Below, piece by piece: positions 13,724 to 26,131 of a stretch of 64,000 nt of DNA. Below the pieces are notes generated by a model. That model ran no database searches and was not told where the DNA came from. It worked only from the letters and a program-made list of their open reading frames with translations. This DNA comes from the human T2T-CHM13v2.0 reference genome, Homo sapiens. The position numbers and the translations under genes were made by a program. Where the stretch lies: NCBI RefSeq assembly GCF_009914755.1, contig NC_060927.1; one strand, given 5' to 3'. Within the stretch, counting starts at the first letter, position 1. Each line of letters begins with the position of its first letter.

Positions 13724-13754
<31 letters not shown>
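13724..13754. repeat. (TG)n microsatellite at Alu tail
   Basis: About 15 TG units seen directly. Confidence 0.95.
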
Positions 13755-13757
<3 letters not shown>

Positions 13758-14089
13758 GTTTTTTTTTTTTTTGAGATGCAATTCTAAAATTCCTTGAAAG
13801 AAAAGACTCTCAACTCTTGCTCTGTTGCCCTGTCTGGAGTGTAGTGGCACAATCATAGCTCACTACAGCCCAGAACTCCTGGGTTCAAGTGATCCTTCCA
13901 CCTCAGCCTCCTGAGCAGCTAGGACTACAGGTGCACACCACCATGCCCAGCTAATGTTTATTTATTTTTTGTTGAGGCAAGGTCTCGCGATGTTGCCCAG
14001 GCTGGTCTTGAGCTCCTTGGCTCAAGCAATCCTCCTGCATCAGTGTCCCAAAGGGTTGGGATTTACAGGCATGAGCCATGGGCCTGGCC
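13755..14089 (-). mobile_element. AluJ
   Basis: J-type features (aatcatagctcact, ggctcaagcaatcc); carries an extra ~35 bp near its 3' end. Confidence 0.9.
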
Positions 14090-15092
14090 AAGAGTAGACT
14101 CTTTTTTTTTCTTTTTTTTTTTTAAAGCAAAAAGAATACAATATTATAAATACAAAATCAAAATCAGACACAAAAATGCATATTTTGAAAGAAAAATGAA
14201 TCTCAACCTATTACAAATATTACAAACCTGACAGATATTTTAAAAAATCAAACATCTGAAAAACCTGATACCTTTATTAATGAACACATCTCTTGTAATT
14301 CTTTATTCATACTCATTATTGACTACATATTGCTGGGTCACCTCTTCATATAAAAATACAGTTTTAAAATTTTCATTTTCTGTAAAGGGAATAGAAAGAT
14401 AATTTCATGTTATTTCAGTTGATTGAAATGTATTTTTATAAAATTATTGATAGTTTAGAAAAGTTTTATTCAGCTTCATAACTGATAATGATTTTATACA
14501 TTTTAAACATGCTTTTCAAATTTAGGAAAACATTTATGAAGTTTCTTTCACATATGAGATTTTAGATTTGGAAAAATTTTCACAGACTGTCTCCTGGTTT
14601 GTATATTTTTAATCTCATTTTATTTTGTTACCCTCATGCTTCCTGTGCTGTCTACCTCAGGGCACATTCATTTTTCCATAGGAACAAAACTTTGGCCCTG
14701 CCCTTCCTTTGAATCATGGTATTAGCTGGTTGTAGTATTCTTGGAGGCCAGTCCTACATAGTGTAAGCAATAACTTAACTCCTTATGAAAGTGACTGTAA
14801 ACCACAGAAGTACAACCTACTAAACCCCAGCTGAACATAAACCTACCTTAGCTGCTTCTAAATCCGATCTCACAAATGCTGATGGCCATTTTAATGCCCA
14901 ACAGGAAAGGAAAAGTCATGGAAGGGAAAACAGAATGGAAAGAAACAGGATTCTTAACCGATTGCAGTTAAAATATTTACTTTTTAAAAATTGAAAAAAA
15001 AATGCAGAAAGAAAAATGGCCATGGAAACACATTGCTAAGGCTTTTCCCAGGGTCTTAGAAGGGACCATCAAATAGCGATAATCTGAAAACT

Positions 15093-16192
15093 TTTTCAAT
15101 TTTTATAATTGACACAAAACAATTACACATATCTGCAGGGTTCATCGTGCTATGGTCATGTATGTAATGTAAGTGATCAGATCAGGGTAATTAGCATATC
15201 TATCATCTCAAATATTTATCGTTTATGTTGGGAACATTCATATCCTCCTTCTAGATATTTGAAGCTATGTAATACATTATTGTTAATTATAGTCATCCTT
15301 CAGTGCTATAGAACACTAGAACTTATTCTTCCTATCTAACTGTAATTCTATTTCCTTTAACAAATCTCTCCCCAGCCCTTCCTTACCCCTGCCCTTCTCA
15401 GTCTGTGGTATCCTCTGTTGTACGTTTTACTTTTATGAGATCAACTTTTTTTTAGCTCCCACATATGAGTGAGCACATACAGTGTTTAACTTTCTGTTCC
15501 TGGCTTATTTCACTTAACATAGTGTCCTCCAGTTTCATCCATATTGCCATGGACGACAGGATTTCATTCTATATGGTCAAATAGTATTCTATTGTGTATA
15601 TATACCACATCTTCTTTATCTATTTGTCTGTTTTTGGATACCTGGGTTGGTTCCATATCTTGGATATTGTGAATAATGCTGCAATAAACATAGGGGATGC
15701 AGATGTCTTTTCTTTACACTGACTTTCTTTCCTTTGGATAAATGCCCAGTATTGGTATTGCTGGATCATATGGTCCTTCTAATTTTATGTGTTTTTTGTT
15801 GTTGTTGTTTTTTGTTTTTTTTCCAGAAATCTCCATACTGGTTTCCATAACGGCTATACTAGTTTACATTCTCAGCAACAGTGTGTTCCCTTTCCTTTAT
15901 ATCTTCACTAGCATTTGATATATTCTTTCTGATAATAGCCACCCTAACTGGGATGAAGATGATATCTCTTTGTCCTTTTGACTTGCATTTTTCTGATCAT
16001 CAGTGATGTTGAGCATTTTGGAATATATTTGTTGGCCATTTGTATGTCTTCTTTCAAAAAACACCTGTTCAGATCACTTGCCCATTTTCTAATTGATCGT
16101 TTATTTTATTTTTTATTTTTTGCTGTTGAGATGTTTGAGTTCCATGTATATTCTGGATATATATTCTGGATATTAATCCTTTATTGTATGAA
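15093..16192 (-). mobile_element. L1MA (MA5/6-like) 3' fragment
   Basis: atcagggtaattagcatatc...ctcccacatatgagtgag...gatgttgagcatttt...ggccatttgtatgtcttc: L1 3'UTR and ORF2 end. Confidence 0.88.
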
Positions 16193-16244
16193 TCATTAAT
16201 TAATTTGCATTAGCTTTAGAATAAAATCCACTCAGACTCCAGGA

Positions 16245-16400
16245 TTGTGGAAGTAGCAACAAATTTGTAGTGTAGGACCTTGAATCTAGTTTTGGCTCCT
16301 CCACTGACTACCCTGGTGGACCTTGGGCAAGTTATTCACAACCTAACCCTCACTTACTCCTTTAAAAAATGGGAGTTTTGAATAGATAACACCCACACCC
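16245..16400 (+). mobile_element. MIR/MIR3 SINE
   Basis: ggctcctccactgact...ccttgggcaagttattca...aaaatggg. Confidence 0.55.
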
Positions 16401-16569
16401 CACCCCTCGGAAAAAAAATCTCTTCTATCTATGACATTGTCATAGCAGACAGAACTGGCTGCAATAGCAAAATATGCACAGATGGGGGCCTCCCCACCTT
16501 CATAGGCTCAGGACAGATCTTCTAGGCCTAAATTCAGGAGACAGAGGCAACCCTAGCCATTTCCACTCC

Positions 16570-16840
16570 ATTTTGGAAGCAGCTGCCTTGTCTTTCAAGA
16601 ATGCAGTCAGACAGCTTTTTTTTTAAAGAAAAAGGTGTAGTCTTTCCAGGGACTTTAGTCCCCTTTGCTTCCCAGTGATCTTGTGAGTCACTAAATGATT
16701 GATGGGGGGCTTATTTCCATGGTGACCACTTCTGTCCTATCTAGCAGCTGGAGAGCTTAACCCAACCCTGACACAGCTTCCTCAGTTGGGCTGGGCATCC
16801 ACTTAACCAAAGCATTCAAGGGCAGGACTTGACAGCTCTG
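16570..16840. promoter_or_regulatory. Candidate enhancer (AP-1, PBX-HOX, MEIS, E-boxes)
   Basis: TGAGTCA 16684-16690, TGATTGATGG 16696-16705, TGACAG 16830-16835, two GCAGCTG; unique sequence; motif evidence only. Confidence 0.35.
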
Positions 16841-18084
16841 AACTCTGGGCCATGGATAGGATTCCAGAAGAAAGAAGGGTGGGAGCATGGTGAAACCACT
16901 CATCTATGCTCTCATTTTTTTCCATGGATTAAAGTCTCAAGAGTTATGTCCCAGCTAGAAAGGAACCTTGATAGCAAAGGAGTCTTGAAGAGCTCTTGGA
17001 TACTGAATGAACCATTTCTTAGTGGATGGGGCTGTCCAGTAAGACCTCCCAATGCCATTTGCTTCTGATCTTATGGAGTAATCTTTTCTCTTCCCTGGCC
17101 AATTGGGCTAAGTTTGCTATACCTCAATCTCAATAACTGCCACTTCTCTGCCGCCAATCAATTCTCTGTCTGTTTCTGGGTATGTTCTCCTCATGTTGCC
17201 TTTTCTGCAGGCTTGTCAATATAAAAACAAGAGCCATTTGCTTGAATGGAGGGCTGTGCCTAAAAGTTAACAGACAGTCACAGCTGTGTTAGAGGATTGA
17301 GGCATGGAGTACATTCTAAAATAGAACTCAGCCGCAGAGGGCATGGAAACATGCCGTGCTCAAGGCTGCCAGGGAATGCAGCCCTGAAGCTTGGGTTTTT
17401 CACGCCTCAAACTCATTAAACCCCCAGCCTGCATGTCACACATCACATCCTTCCAGAATTTCTGGCTTCCTTCATTCAAATAGAATACTCTTTTCTTCCT
17501 CAGGTGGCTTAATTTGTTCTTTACTAATTTGTTATTGATATTATTATTTATCCAAAATTTTCTGAATGCCATGGCTATACCAGTGGGGAACAGAATGTTC
17601 CTATGGAGGGAAGAATTGCTCTGATTATTAGAATTACTGAATTATTGGCATGTTATTCTGATTATTCTGATTATTAGAATTACTGAATTATTGAGCTGGA
17701 TAGGTTACTAAAAATCATGTAGTTTTATCACCATTATCCTATAGTTTGGGCAAAAAGAGGACAAAAGGTTATACGGTGAGCTGGCTCATAGCCAAAAAAA
17801 TAGAAACTGATTTTCTCCCATTTTTATTTCTACTAAGTTATTTAAAAATTATTATTCTTAACATCAAATAGCTTTGTGAATGTACTTAAGTTTTGTAGAA
17901 ATAGGTATCTAATACAGTCATCTAGCTAATTGACCTTATATTTTGCTTTCATTTTAGAGTACTGCCTGGCCTAGAAGTGCCAAAGAAATTATTCCCTGGT
18001 ATACACAAACATCTTATATATTTGTTTTTATAATCCAAATATCCATGTACAAGCATCAAAGTCCATATCTAAATACTTCAACAC

Positions 18085-18460
18085 ATACACACTTGTGCAG
18101 GTGCAATCTCTGGCACAGTGGGGTACCAGGAAAAGAAATATGACAAATACTCTGCCCAGGTGGGGTTCCCAGCATACTGAGAGGGTCAAACAAGCCCCCT
18201 CCCCTTCTCTACATGCTATAACTCTAAGATAAGGCAGATTAGAATACCTGTTTTAAAAAGGTATAAGACTGTAGAGGGAAGGAAGAAGAGAGAATGGTTA
18301 ATTTAAACTGGGATGTCCAGGGAGGTCTTTAAGGGGAGATAGCATTTGAAGTAGTCTTAAAGAATGGGAAGGAATTTTACTTGTACACAAGGGCAGGAGA
18401 GTAATAACACAGAGAGATCAGTGTGAACACAGCATGAAGGTGAGGGGGTCATTGAGAGTG
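18085..18460 (-). mobile_element. L2 fragment
   Basis: cagggaggtctttaagggggagatagcatttgaagtagtcttaaagaatg resembles antisense L2. Confidence 0.5.
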
Positions 18461-18679
18461 TGGGCTCCAAATTGTGAGCAGCTGTATCCCATAGCTGGGT
18501 GAAAAGAAGGAAGCACAAAACTCTACTCAGAAAGGGGACACTCTCAAAGAGTTACACCTGCATTTCCAGATATGAATTTCCATAATAGAGGCAAACACAC
18601 CAAACAGGTAAGATTTTCAAATTCAGAGACTTCCTCATTTTAGCCATATCCGTATCAAGAAAACTCAAGATCTTTCTGC

Positions 18680-18860
18680 TTGTTGAGTTTTAAATCCTGG
18701 CCTTGCCACTTGATAACTCTGGGATGTTAGACAACTGACCCGATCCTCTCCAAGCTTCCCTTTTTTCTTAGATAGCTTATCTAAGGTGCATGTGAAAATT
18801 AAAATGACGTAAAGCATGAAAACTTCTCAGTTACAGTACTTGGCACACATAAATATTTCA
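18680..18860 (+). mobile_element. MIR SINE
   Basis: tttaaatcctggccttgccactt...attaaaatgacgtaaagcatgaaa...acagtacttggcaca. Confidence 0.55.
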
Positions 18861-18984
18861 GTTCTTCCCCACAGCTACTGTCTTCCAAAGGCATGAAAAA
18901 AGGCACATCGACTGGACTAGCTGAATCACTTCTTGAGGCTTCCGTTTAACTGTTGGCAAATAAAAGAGTCGGCATGGCTATGTG

Positions 18985-19095
18985 AGGGTAATCAACTGTC
19001 CTGGTATTTCTAGGACTGAAGGGTTTCCTGGGACATGAGACTTTCATTACGAAAACTGGGACAGTCCCAGGGACCCAGGATGATGGGTCAGCCTA
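18985..19095. mobile_element. MER81 (hAT-Blackjack) MITE inserted into a MIR
   Basis: agggtaatcaactgtcctgg...ggactgaagggtttcctgggac...ggtcagccta; imperfect TIRs; 8-bp TSD-like gctatgtg/cttatgtg. Confidence 0.85.
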
Positions 19096-19300
19096 CTTAT
19101 GTGGTTAAGAGTGGAGCCTCTATAGCCAGACCATGCAGGTTCAAATCTTAGTTTTGCCATTACCATGTTTATAACCTTGAGCAAGTTGCCTAACACCCCG
19201 TGCCTCAGTTCCTTCTTCTGAAAAATAAAGACAATAATAATAGTGCCAACCTTGTAAAGTTATATGAGGATTACATAAATTAATATATGTAATGTTAGCT
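19096..19300 (+). mobile_element. MIR SINE
   Basis: gtggttaagag...ggttcaaatc...accttgagcaagtt...gcctcagttccttc...tgaggattacat. Confidence 0.75.
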
Positions 19301-19605
19301 GTCCGTATAGTAGAAGATTCCAAGCTTTGTCTTCACTCACCTACCACTACTTCCTTAGCCAATTATTTAAAAAATAACTTGTTAGAAAGAATTAAATTAA
19401 TTTCTACTTGTGTACTTACACATTCTCTTATCTTTACAAGGGACTTGTGGTGGGATGAAACTCTCCTTCGAGTGCCCCTGGAGCCCTTGGCTTTCCCTGT
19501 CCTCAAATTCTGTGTGCTGCTTGATTTTTGCACCATTGGGTGCCATGGAAATCTGTGTGAGAATGTGGAGGGAAATGTGGCTTCTTATTCAAGTCCTTTC
19601 CTCCC

Positions 19606-19624
19606 CTCCTGCAGGGGGCAGTGT
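19606..19624 (+). promoter_or_regulatory. Candidate CTCF site
   Basis: CCTGCAGGGGGCAGTG at 19608-19623 is a close match to the CTCF core. Confidence 0.5.
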
Positions 19625-22139
19625 AGGAAGAGCCTGGACTGAGAGGACACGGCTCTGTCTCATTGACCTTGGCCATGGCCTCTCTGTCTCTGGATCTCAG
19701 TTTCCTAATCCTTTAAAATGAAGGGGTTGAGCAACATGATACCCCAAGGCCCTTTGATTCTGGGTGGAAACATCGCACCAGACACATTTTCTTCTTTCTC
19801 TCTAGCTCAAGAAATGCAGAAGAGAGAAGCAGAAGCAGTCTCCTTGCATCTCCCCAAATGTTTTACAATCCTAAGGAGAATTCTGAAGTATCACACAAAG
19901 GGTTGTTTAGGCTCTGCTCCCTCTAATTACGGCCCATTAAGGCCTCAGATCCCTCCTGTCTGCAGAATGTGCTATTTAACATTCTCCCTGACAGGGCCTT
20001 CGCCAAGGACGCAAGCCATTGCACTCACTTCTGTTGATGTTTATGTTGAGAAAGTAGATAATCCTCACTGCAGTGACAAGTTGATTGAAGCAAGTAAAAA
20101 CCGAATAGGGTTTAGAATTGTAATTGCTGACAGATTCATAATGGTGTGTGAGGCTTGGTGTCTGTCTGGCTGGCCATGCTGTTCAGAATAAAGTGTGAAG
20201 TTAAAGAGTATATTGTTTCTGGTATGAAATTTCTCAACCCCAGAATTGTTTCTTTTCTGAATGAAGGTGTGGGGGAGGAAAAAAAAAAAAGCCTCTCTAA
20301 AAATGAAGTAGAAAAACATCCACAGCACTTAAAATAGGAGGAACAAGATAATCAGGTGGGGTTTTCTAGTGAAAAAGTAATGTGCAGAGGGATTTTGGGG
20401 CAAGATATCTGAGTTATCACCAGGTGGTGACACTGTGTCACTCGGGAAAGTCACTTAACTTCTCTGATCCATCTATTAAATGAGTGTGTTAGATTGAAAT
20501 TGTTTACAATTGTGTTGTCTTACACTGGTTTTGTACTGCATCTTTCTAGGAAGAATATTATATGATCACACAAAATCAGAATGCTATCGGTTGAAGGGTC
20601 CCTAACGACTGGAACTAGTAGAGAACACTTATTATCCATTGATATTTATGTGTGTATATGAAATTATACAAAATGGTCTGCAAGGATTCGGAAAATATGT
20701 AATAGTGGCTGTCCCTGGGTTGATCAGGGAGTGAGACTAGAGACTGAAAGAAGTTCAATTGTATCTGCATAATTTACCTTCTTATATAAAACTGTTGGAA
20801 GTAAATATGACAAAATGTGAACAGTTTTTCAGTTATAGGTGGTGGGAAATAGGTGTGATAATAGTTAAGTACTTTTTGTACTTCTGTTTCTCTTAATTTA
20901 GAATAAAATTGACTAAATGTTCATTGCCCCTTCAAATTCTGATATTTTGTGATTTTGTAAGATACCGTTTTTGAACCTCAGCTTTCTCATTCATAAGAAG
21001 GTAGGTATAGGTGACATCTACGTTTCTTTGAATTCTCAAATTCTATTTCTGGTAAGAAAATAAAAATAGGAATGGTTAATTGACAGGGAAGGCAGAACCT
21101 ATTATTGTAAGCCAGCATGCTGGAAGATTGCGTTGGGACCCGCTTCAAAAGAAATGTGTTGGTTTTTTCTTCCTCCCAATTTCTAGTAATTCCACATAGA
21201 TAAATAGTTCCCAAATGCTAATTTTAAAATTTAGTATTTGAGAATCACCTACAGCATTTCTTTGCCTTAGCAGAAACTACCACATTGATTAAGAGGAAAG
21301 TGGGAATAGATAACTTCAGGTTTATAATAAGTGACCCTTTTACTCACTCACCAATTGTTATTATAGGCTGAAATTCAGTCTTATGTTACACTAAAAGCAA
21401 AATACGAAATGCCTATTTTTACAAATAAACTTTAATTCTGAATTATGATTATCTTCTTTGTCTCTTCATATTCCCATCCCACACCAATTTAACTCTTCCA
21501 GCCTCATCCTCTAAATTTATACTAGCTTTTCTCTGGTAATATGGTGAGAAGATTTAGGCACATTATGGACTAATAAATTGACAGTTTCTAGATTAAAGTA
21601 AATGTAGAGACAATGATTAAAGAGCTGCTATACTAGTAAAGTGAATAATAAGCACTCAGAGATTGTCCTTGGATAAAGAAACCCTGTGGGCATATTTCAA
21701 AGTCCATTTAGTGGTCAGGGGTTGGGGAGTCTTTTTGAGAAGAACATACCGTAAATCACTTGGTCTTCATATTTTTTTTTCTAAGGAGACACAGACTGAA
21801 GCCATGACTCAAGCTTGCCAAGTCTTTAAACCTGTGGTTCCAGGAAGTCTAAAAATTCTGGAGCTGAGACCACTGAATTATGTTTCCAGTATCAAAAGCC
21901 AACCTGAATGTTGATATTCCCCTGGCAACCTGAAGGGAGTAAAATATGATAGCTCTCTGTCCCTGTTTAGCTGTTTTGTATGATGACTTTCATTCTTTCT
22001 TATGGATAGTGGTGTAAAATACACAAAAAGGTACCTGTTGGCTTCTTCAAATCTAGCAAATACAATTTAGCCACTTTCCACATTGAATCTTTTTGTTAGC
22101 TTTAAGCAGCTACCTTTTTAGATTTGTTTGTTTTTCTCT

Positions 22140-22330
22140 AATAAAACGTCTCAGCCTGATCAGCTTAAAGTGTAATTGATGGGGAGAAAACAGAGCCTGA
22201 ATTATTGTCACTGTAGATGGACCATAAAGAAGACAAAACCTGATGACAGCAACATGTGGGAGAGAGGTTCCAGTGATAGTGTATTTTCTGATCCATTGAC
22301 AGTCAACACATGTTTATGGAAATCATCTTC
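22140..22330. promoter_or_regulatory. Candidate HOX/TALE enhancer
   Basis: TAATTGATGG 22173-22182, CCATAAA 22222-22228, TGACAG 22244-22249 and 22297-22302, TTTATGG 22313-22319. Confidence 0.35.
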
Positions 22331-22714
22331 TATTGCTGGATTTCCATCTCAAGCCTTGGAAAAGAAGATTGAGATGGTAAGGAGAGAAGAGGCGAGATTT
22401 GGAATGGTCTCTGAAAGAGATCACGTCTTCTATAAGGGTTGATTTTATGTAACTGTGTCTCTTGCCTTTCAAATATTATGAGTTAAATGACTAAAATGAA
22501 CCATATTTCTGTTGACATCTTTGAGAAATAAAATACATGGATATTACACTTGATGAAGGGAATTATGTAGCCCATCGGCATCATTTAAATACGAAGAAAA
22601 CTTGAGCCTGTGAAAGCCCATGATCACCCATTCATTGAGAATCAGAGTTGGAAGCTGAATTTGATTTTTCCACTAAGCTCATGCTCAGTTTGACCTCTAG
22701 ATTCAATCTAGAGT

Positions 22715-22925
22715 GGATTTAAATTTTAGCTCTTCTTTTTAAGTCTTGTACATTCTTGGGCGTGCTACTTAACCTCTGTACCTCAGTTTCCACATCTGTC
22801 AGAGATGCTAATATCTACTTAATAGGGTAGTGATTAAAGATTCGGTGATATAGCCATAATGCTTAACATAGTGCCAGTAACATGTTAACACAATACTACT
22901 GGCTATTGTTATCATTGTTATTATT
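22715..22925 (+). mobile_element. MIR SINE
   Basis: cttgggcgtgctacttaacctctgtacctcagtttccacatctgt...gcttaacatagtgcc. Confidence 0.7.
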
Positions 22926-23024
22926 GTTACACCTGGAAATTATAGTATTGTGGGTCAAAATGTATAGTTTCTAGAGAGGGGGGTATTGTTTTACGGTAAC
23001 GAGAAAGAAGTAAATTCAATCCTA
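22834..23024 (+). repeat. Dispersed direct repeat B, presumed donor (MIR 3' end plus unique flank)
   Basis: Aligns to 26132-26327 with ~25 mismatches and one 5-bp indel (manual count, ~87%). Confidence 0.92.
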
Positions 23025-23114
23025 TCACACACTGTCATGATTAAGAACCTCTTGAGGTTGTGCATTGCACTCAGGTTAAGACTACATTCCTTATCTTCAG
23101 GATATGGCTTAAAA

Positions 23115-23566
23115 GATGCTCCTTGATTGGTGCTAACAGACATTTCTAGCCTCATTCTTTGTCATTTTCCCTCCTGACTTACCTGCCTGCTGCTCCCCTC
23201 TCCAAGGTTTGATTAGCCTCATCTTAGTTTTCTGGACAACCCATGTTCTTCCTCATCTCTGAGGCTTCATATGCATCCCCTCTGCCTGACAAGTCCTTCT
23301 CTAACCTCTTCTTCTGGTTAATTCCACTTATTCTTTCAGTCGCTTAGCTCTGCCTATGCAGTCCCCTGAACATCTGTACTTATTTTTTCACATCCCACAA
23401 GACACAAATTCAAGTATCTTATTTTCTTGTCTATCTCCTGGCTTGAGTAGACATACGCCTTTAAAGTCAGGGCCTATATTCTGTTCACTGCTGTATTTTC
23501 CAGTTTTGGAATAATGATTGCTGTGTGGTAGCTGCTAAGTAAATATTTGATAAATTCAGTGAATGA
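23115..23566 (+). mobile_element. L2 3' end
   Basis: ttctgttcactgctgtatttt...ctaagtaaatatttgataaattcagtgaatga resembles the L2 terminus. Confidence 0.65.
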
Positions 23567-24705
23567 TCCATGGAGTGACTTTCTCCCTACAGAAGGAATC
23601 TTGCAGCCTGAGAAAGTAAAAGGTTTTTTTTGTTGTTGTTTTGTTTTGTTTTGTTTTGTTTTCTACTCCTAATTGCTGGTAAATGGGAGCCTCTACACCC
23701 AGAGCTGCACCTACAGGTCGGTGTCAAAATCACTGAGGCAGCAGTTTCCCAAGAGGGACACATCCAAATGTCTGACTTCACATGATCAGGGTTTAGGAGA
23801 ATACATTGCATTGCCCTGAAAGAGGCTTGGAAAATCAACAATTAGGCCATGGGAAAGAGAGGAGAATGGTGATTAGGTCTCTATACTCAGCGAGGGACTC
23901 GAAGAAGTGTGATTTCCATTGTCTCACTGGATAATCCTCCCTCACATTTTCTCATGATTGCCTGCAATAAGATTTCTTAATTGTTCAGGGGGTTTAGAGT
24001 ATGAGCCCTTGAATGTATAATTATCTCCATTATTCCAAACAAAGGAGACACGTGCCAGTGGAAAAAAAATAAAAATAAAAACGTAGCCTCTAGCAGAAAA
24101 CGGAGCTAAACTCCCTCCCCCATCCTCAGATTCCCTTTTTCTGCTTTTTTTTAAAATTTTTATTTTTATTTTTCCCCTAATGCCCTTGATCACATAAAAT
24201 GTTCCACATTCCTGTTTCTGTGGGCTTTCAAATTGCAGTGGCAAAATAAGAGTAAGCACAAACAGCAGATGGGTACTCTGATCAAAAGGTGAGCAGCGCT
24301 CAGTTCAGACCAGAAGGTTACAGCATCCCGTCACACAGTAGGGCATGTGCCAAGATGAAATGAATTTGCCACTCACACCTTCATAATTAGTTACAGTGTT
24401 TTTTTTTTTTTTTGAACTTATCTCTCCTTAGGAAATAAAATGCATTATTTATTTATGTTCCTGAAGCCCTTTGAACAGTGGCTCTGGTTCTTACAACCAG
24501 AGCCAGTGCTTAGTAACTGCCTCCCACCCTGCCTACAATCCCTGAGACCCTCAGGTGATGTGGCACAATGAGAAAAGACCCGAAATAGAATCATGATGAC
24601 TAGGTTCTAGAGCTGTCTCTGATGCATACTATCTGTGAGATCTTGAGCTGTTACTTCTCCTTGGGTATTAATTTGCTCATCTTTAAAGAGGGCATTGATT
24701 TTCAC

Positions 24706-25015
24706 CAGGTATTGATGATTTTTTTTCTTCTGTAAAGAGTCAAATAGTAAATATTTCAGGCTTTGCAGGCAAAAGGATATTTGCTACGCATACATTTTTC
24801 TGCTGCTATAGCACAAAAGCAGCCACAGACAGTACGGGTAAGCATGGCTGTGTTTTAATGAAACTTTATTTATGGACACAAATTTAAAATTTCGTGTAGG
24901 TTTTACACGTCATGTCTTCTTTGGATTTTTTTCCAACAATTTAAACACATAAAAACCATTCTTAGCTCCCGAGCCATCAAGAAATAGGTGGCATGCCCTA
25001 TTTTGCCAATCCCTG
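24706..25015. mobile_element. MER58B (hAT-Charlie)
   Basis: ttctgtaaagagtcaaatagtaaatatttcaggctttgcaggc...aaaagcagccacagac...actttatttatggacac...tttgccaatccctg. Confidence 0.8.
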
Positions 25016-26131
25016 ATCTACACCGTGGTTCTCAAAGGAAGGTCTATAGAAGTTCAAGGGAGAGATATCAATACACAGCAACACACTTTGCTCCATTGAT
25101 CTGCTTTTCCATCTTGTCACAATATTTAATTCACTTTGAATTTCAAATGCAATTTAAGGTGGGCATGTGATTTTTTGTTTACCAAAAGGAGTTTTAAAAG
25201 ATTTAGGGAGTTTTTTTTTTTTATTGTTATCTCCAAGGTCATCACATTTATACTTTACGAGGCCCTGGAATCCCCTGTAGCTGAACTTCAGCTTCTAGGG
25301 TGACTCTGGGCCACCATGGACCAAACAACATTTGTTAAATTTCATTTATTCATGGCCATGGCAGAGAGTTGAGGCATGAATAATACAAAAGAGTGGATAA
25401 AAAATCATTTATCCTGCATTCAGCTTCAAAATACAGCATGGATAATTTTTTCCTTCTGAAGATTTACCTTCATAATCCCTTTTGCTGATATGAAAATGAG
25501 ATTGCATTACCTGAGCTCACAGTTGATTATGGTAGAATTGGGATGCAGAGATGTGCTGGAAATGCAATAAGAGAAACACCTCAGGTTAAAGTTTTCTCCT
25601 TGATACCTCTTGACTCTCCCAGACACTGGGAATTTTCCTTGTCACCAGTTCCATCATTGTACACTCTCATATGCACATCATATTGTCTTTCCTGTTCTGA
25701 CCTTGAATCCTTAGCTCCTGAGACCTCCCTAATGTTTCCCAAGTGGCAACTAGCCACTATGTGACATCCTAGGGGCAAAGAGGAGTTCTTATGACTTACA
25801 CATGGTTATCTCAGGTGATAAGTCATACTAGAATAATGAGTCCTGTGATTTCACCTGCACAGGAGATTAATAATATAGAATTCTATTTATTAAGATATAA
25901 AATTAATACTATAGAAATAGCTCTGTGCATCTGTCTGGCATACATTGAATTTGGCTTAGAAGTGATAGACATAGAATGATTTTCATATTGACCATGGCTA
26001 GGTAAAAATATGGAGTTGGGAAACAAGGGCAGATAAGCTTGTGAGAAGCTGCTGAAGACTTCTGAGAAAGTGACTCTTCCCACTCAGTGATTGATTGACA
26101 GGAGTCATGGGGTGAGTGGTTAAGGATAGAG

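Larger units (their letters stand above)
13665..15092 (-). mobile_element. Zaphod/MER115-like hAT-Tip100 DNA transposon fossil, interrupted by AluJ
   Basis: Ends ctgaagcttttatgaatttgaagggggc and cacattgctaaggcttttcccagggtcttagaagggacc resemble MER115/Zaphod termini. Confidence 0.6.

Noticed and set aside
19718-20191. 157-aa ORF in mostly unique sequence
   Set aside because: No recognisable domain, starts in a MIR3-like fragment, and no supporting promoter or splice structure; such lengths can arise by chance
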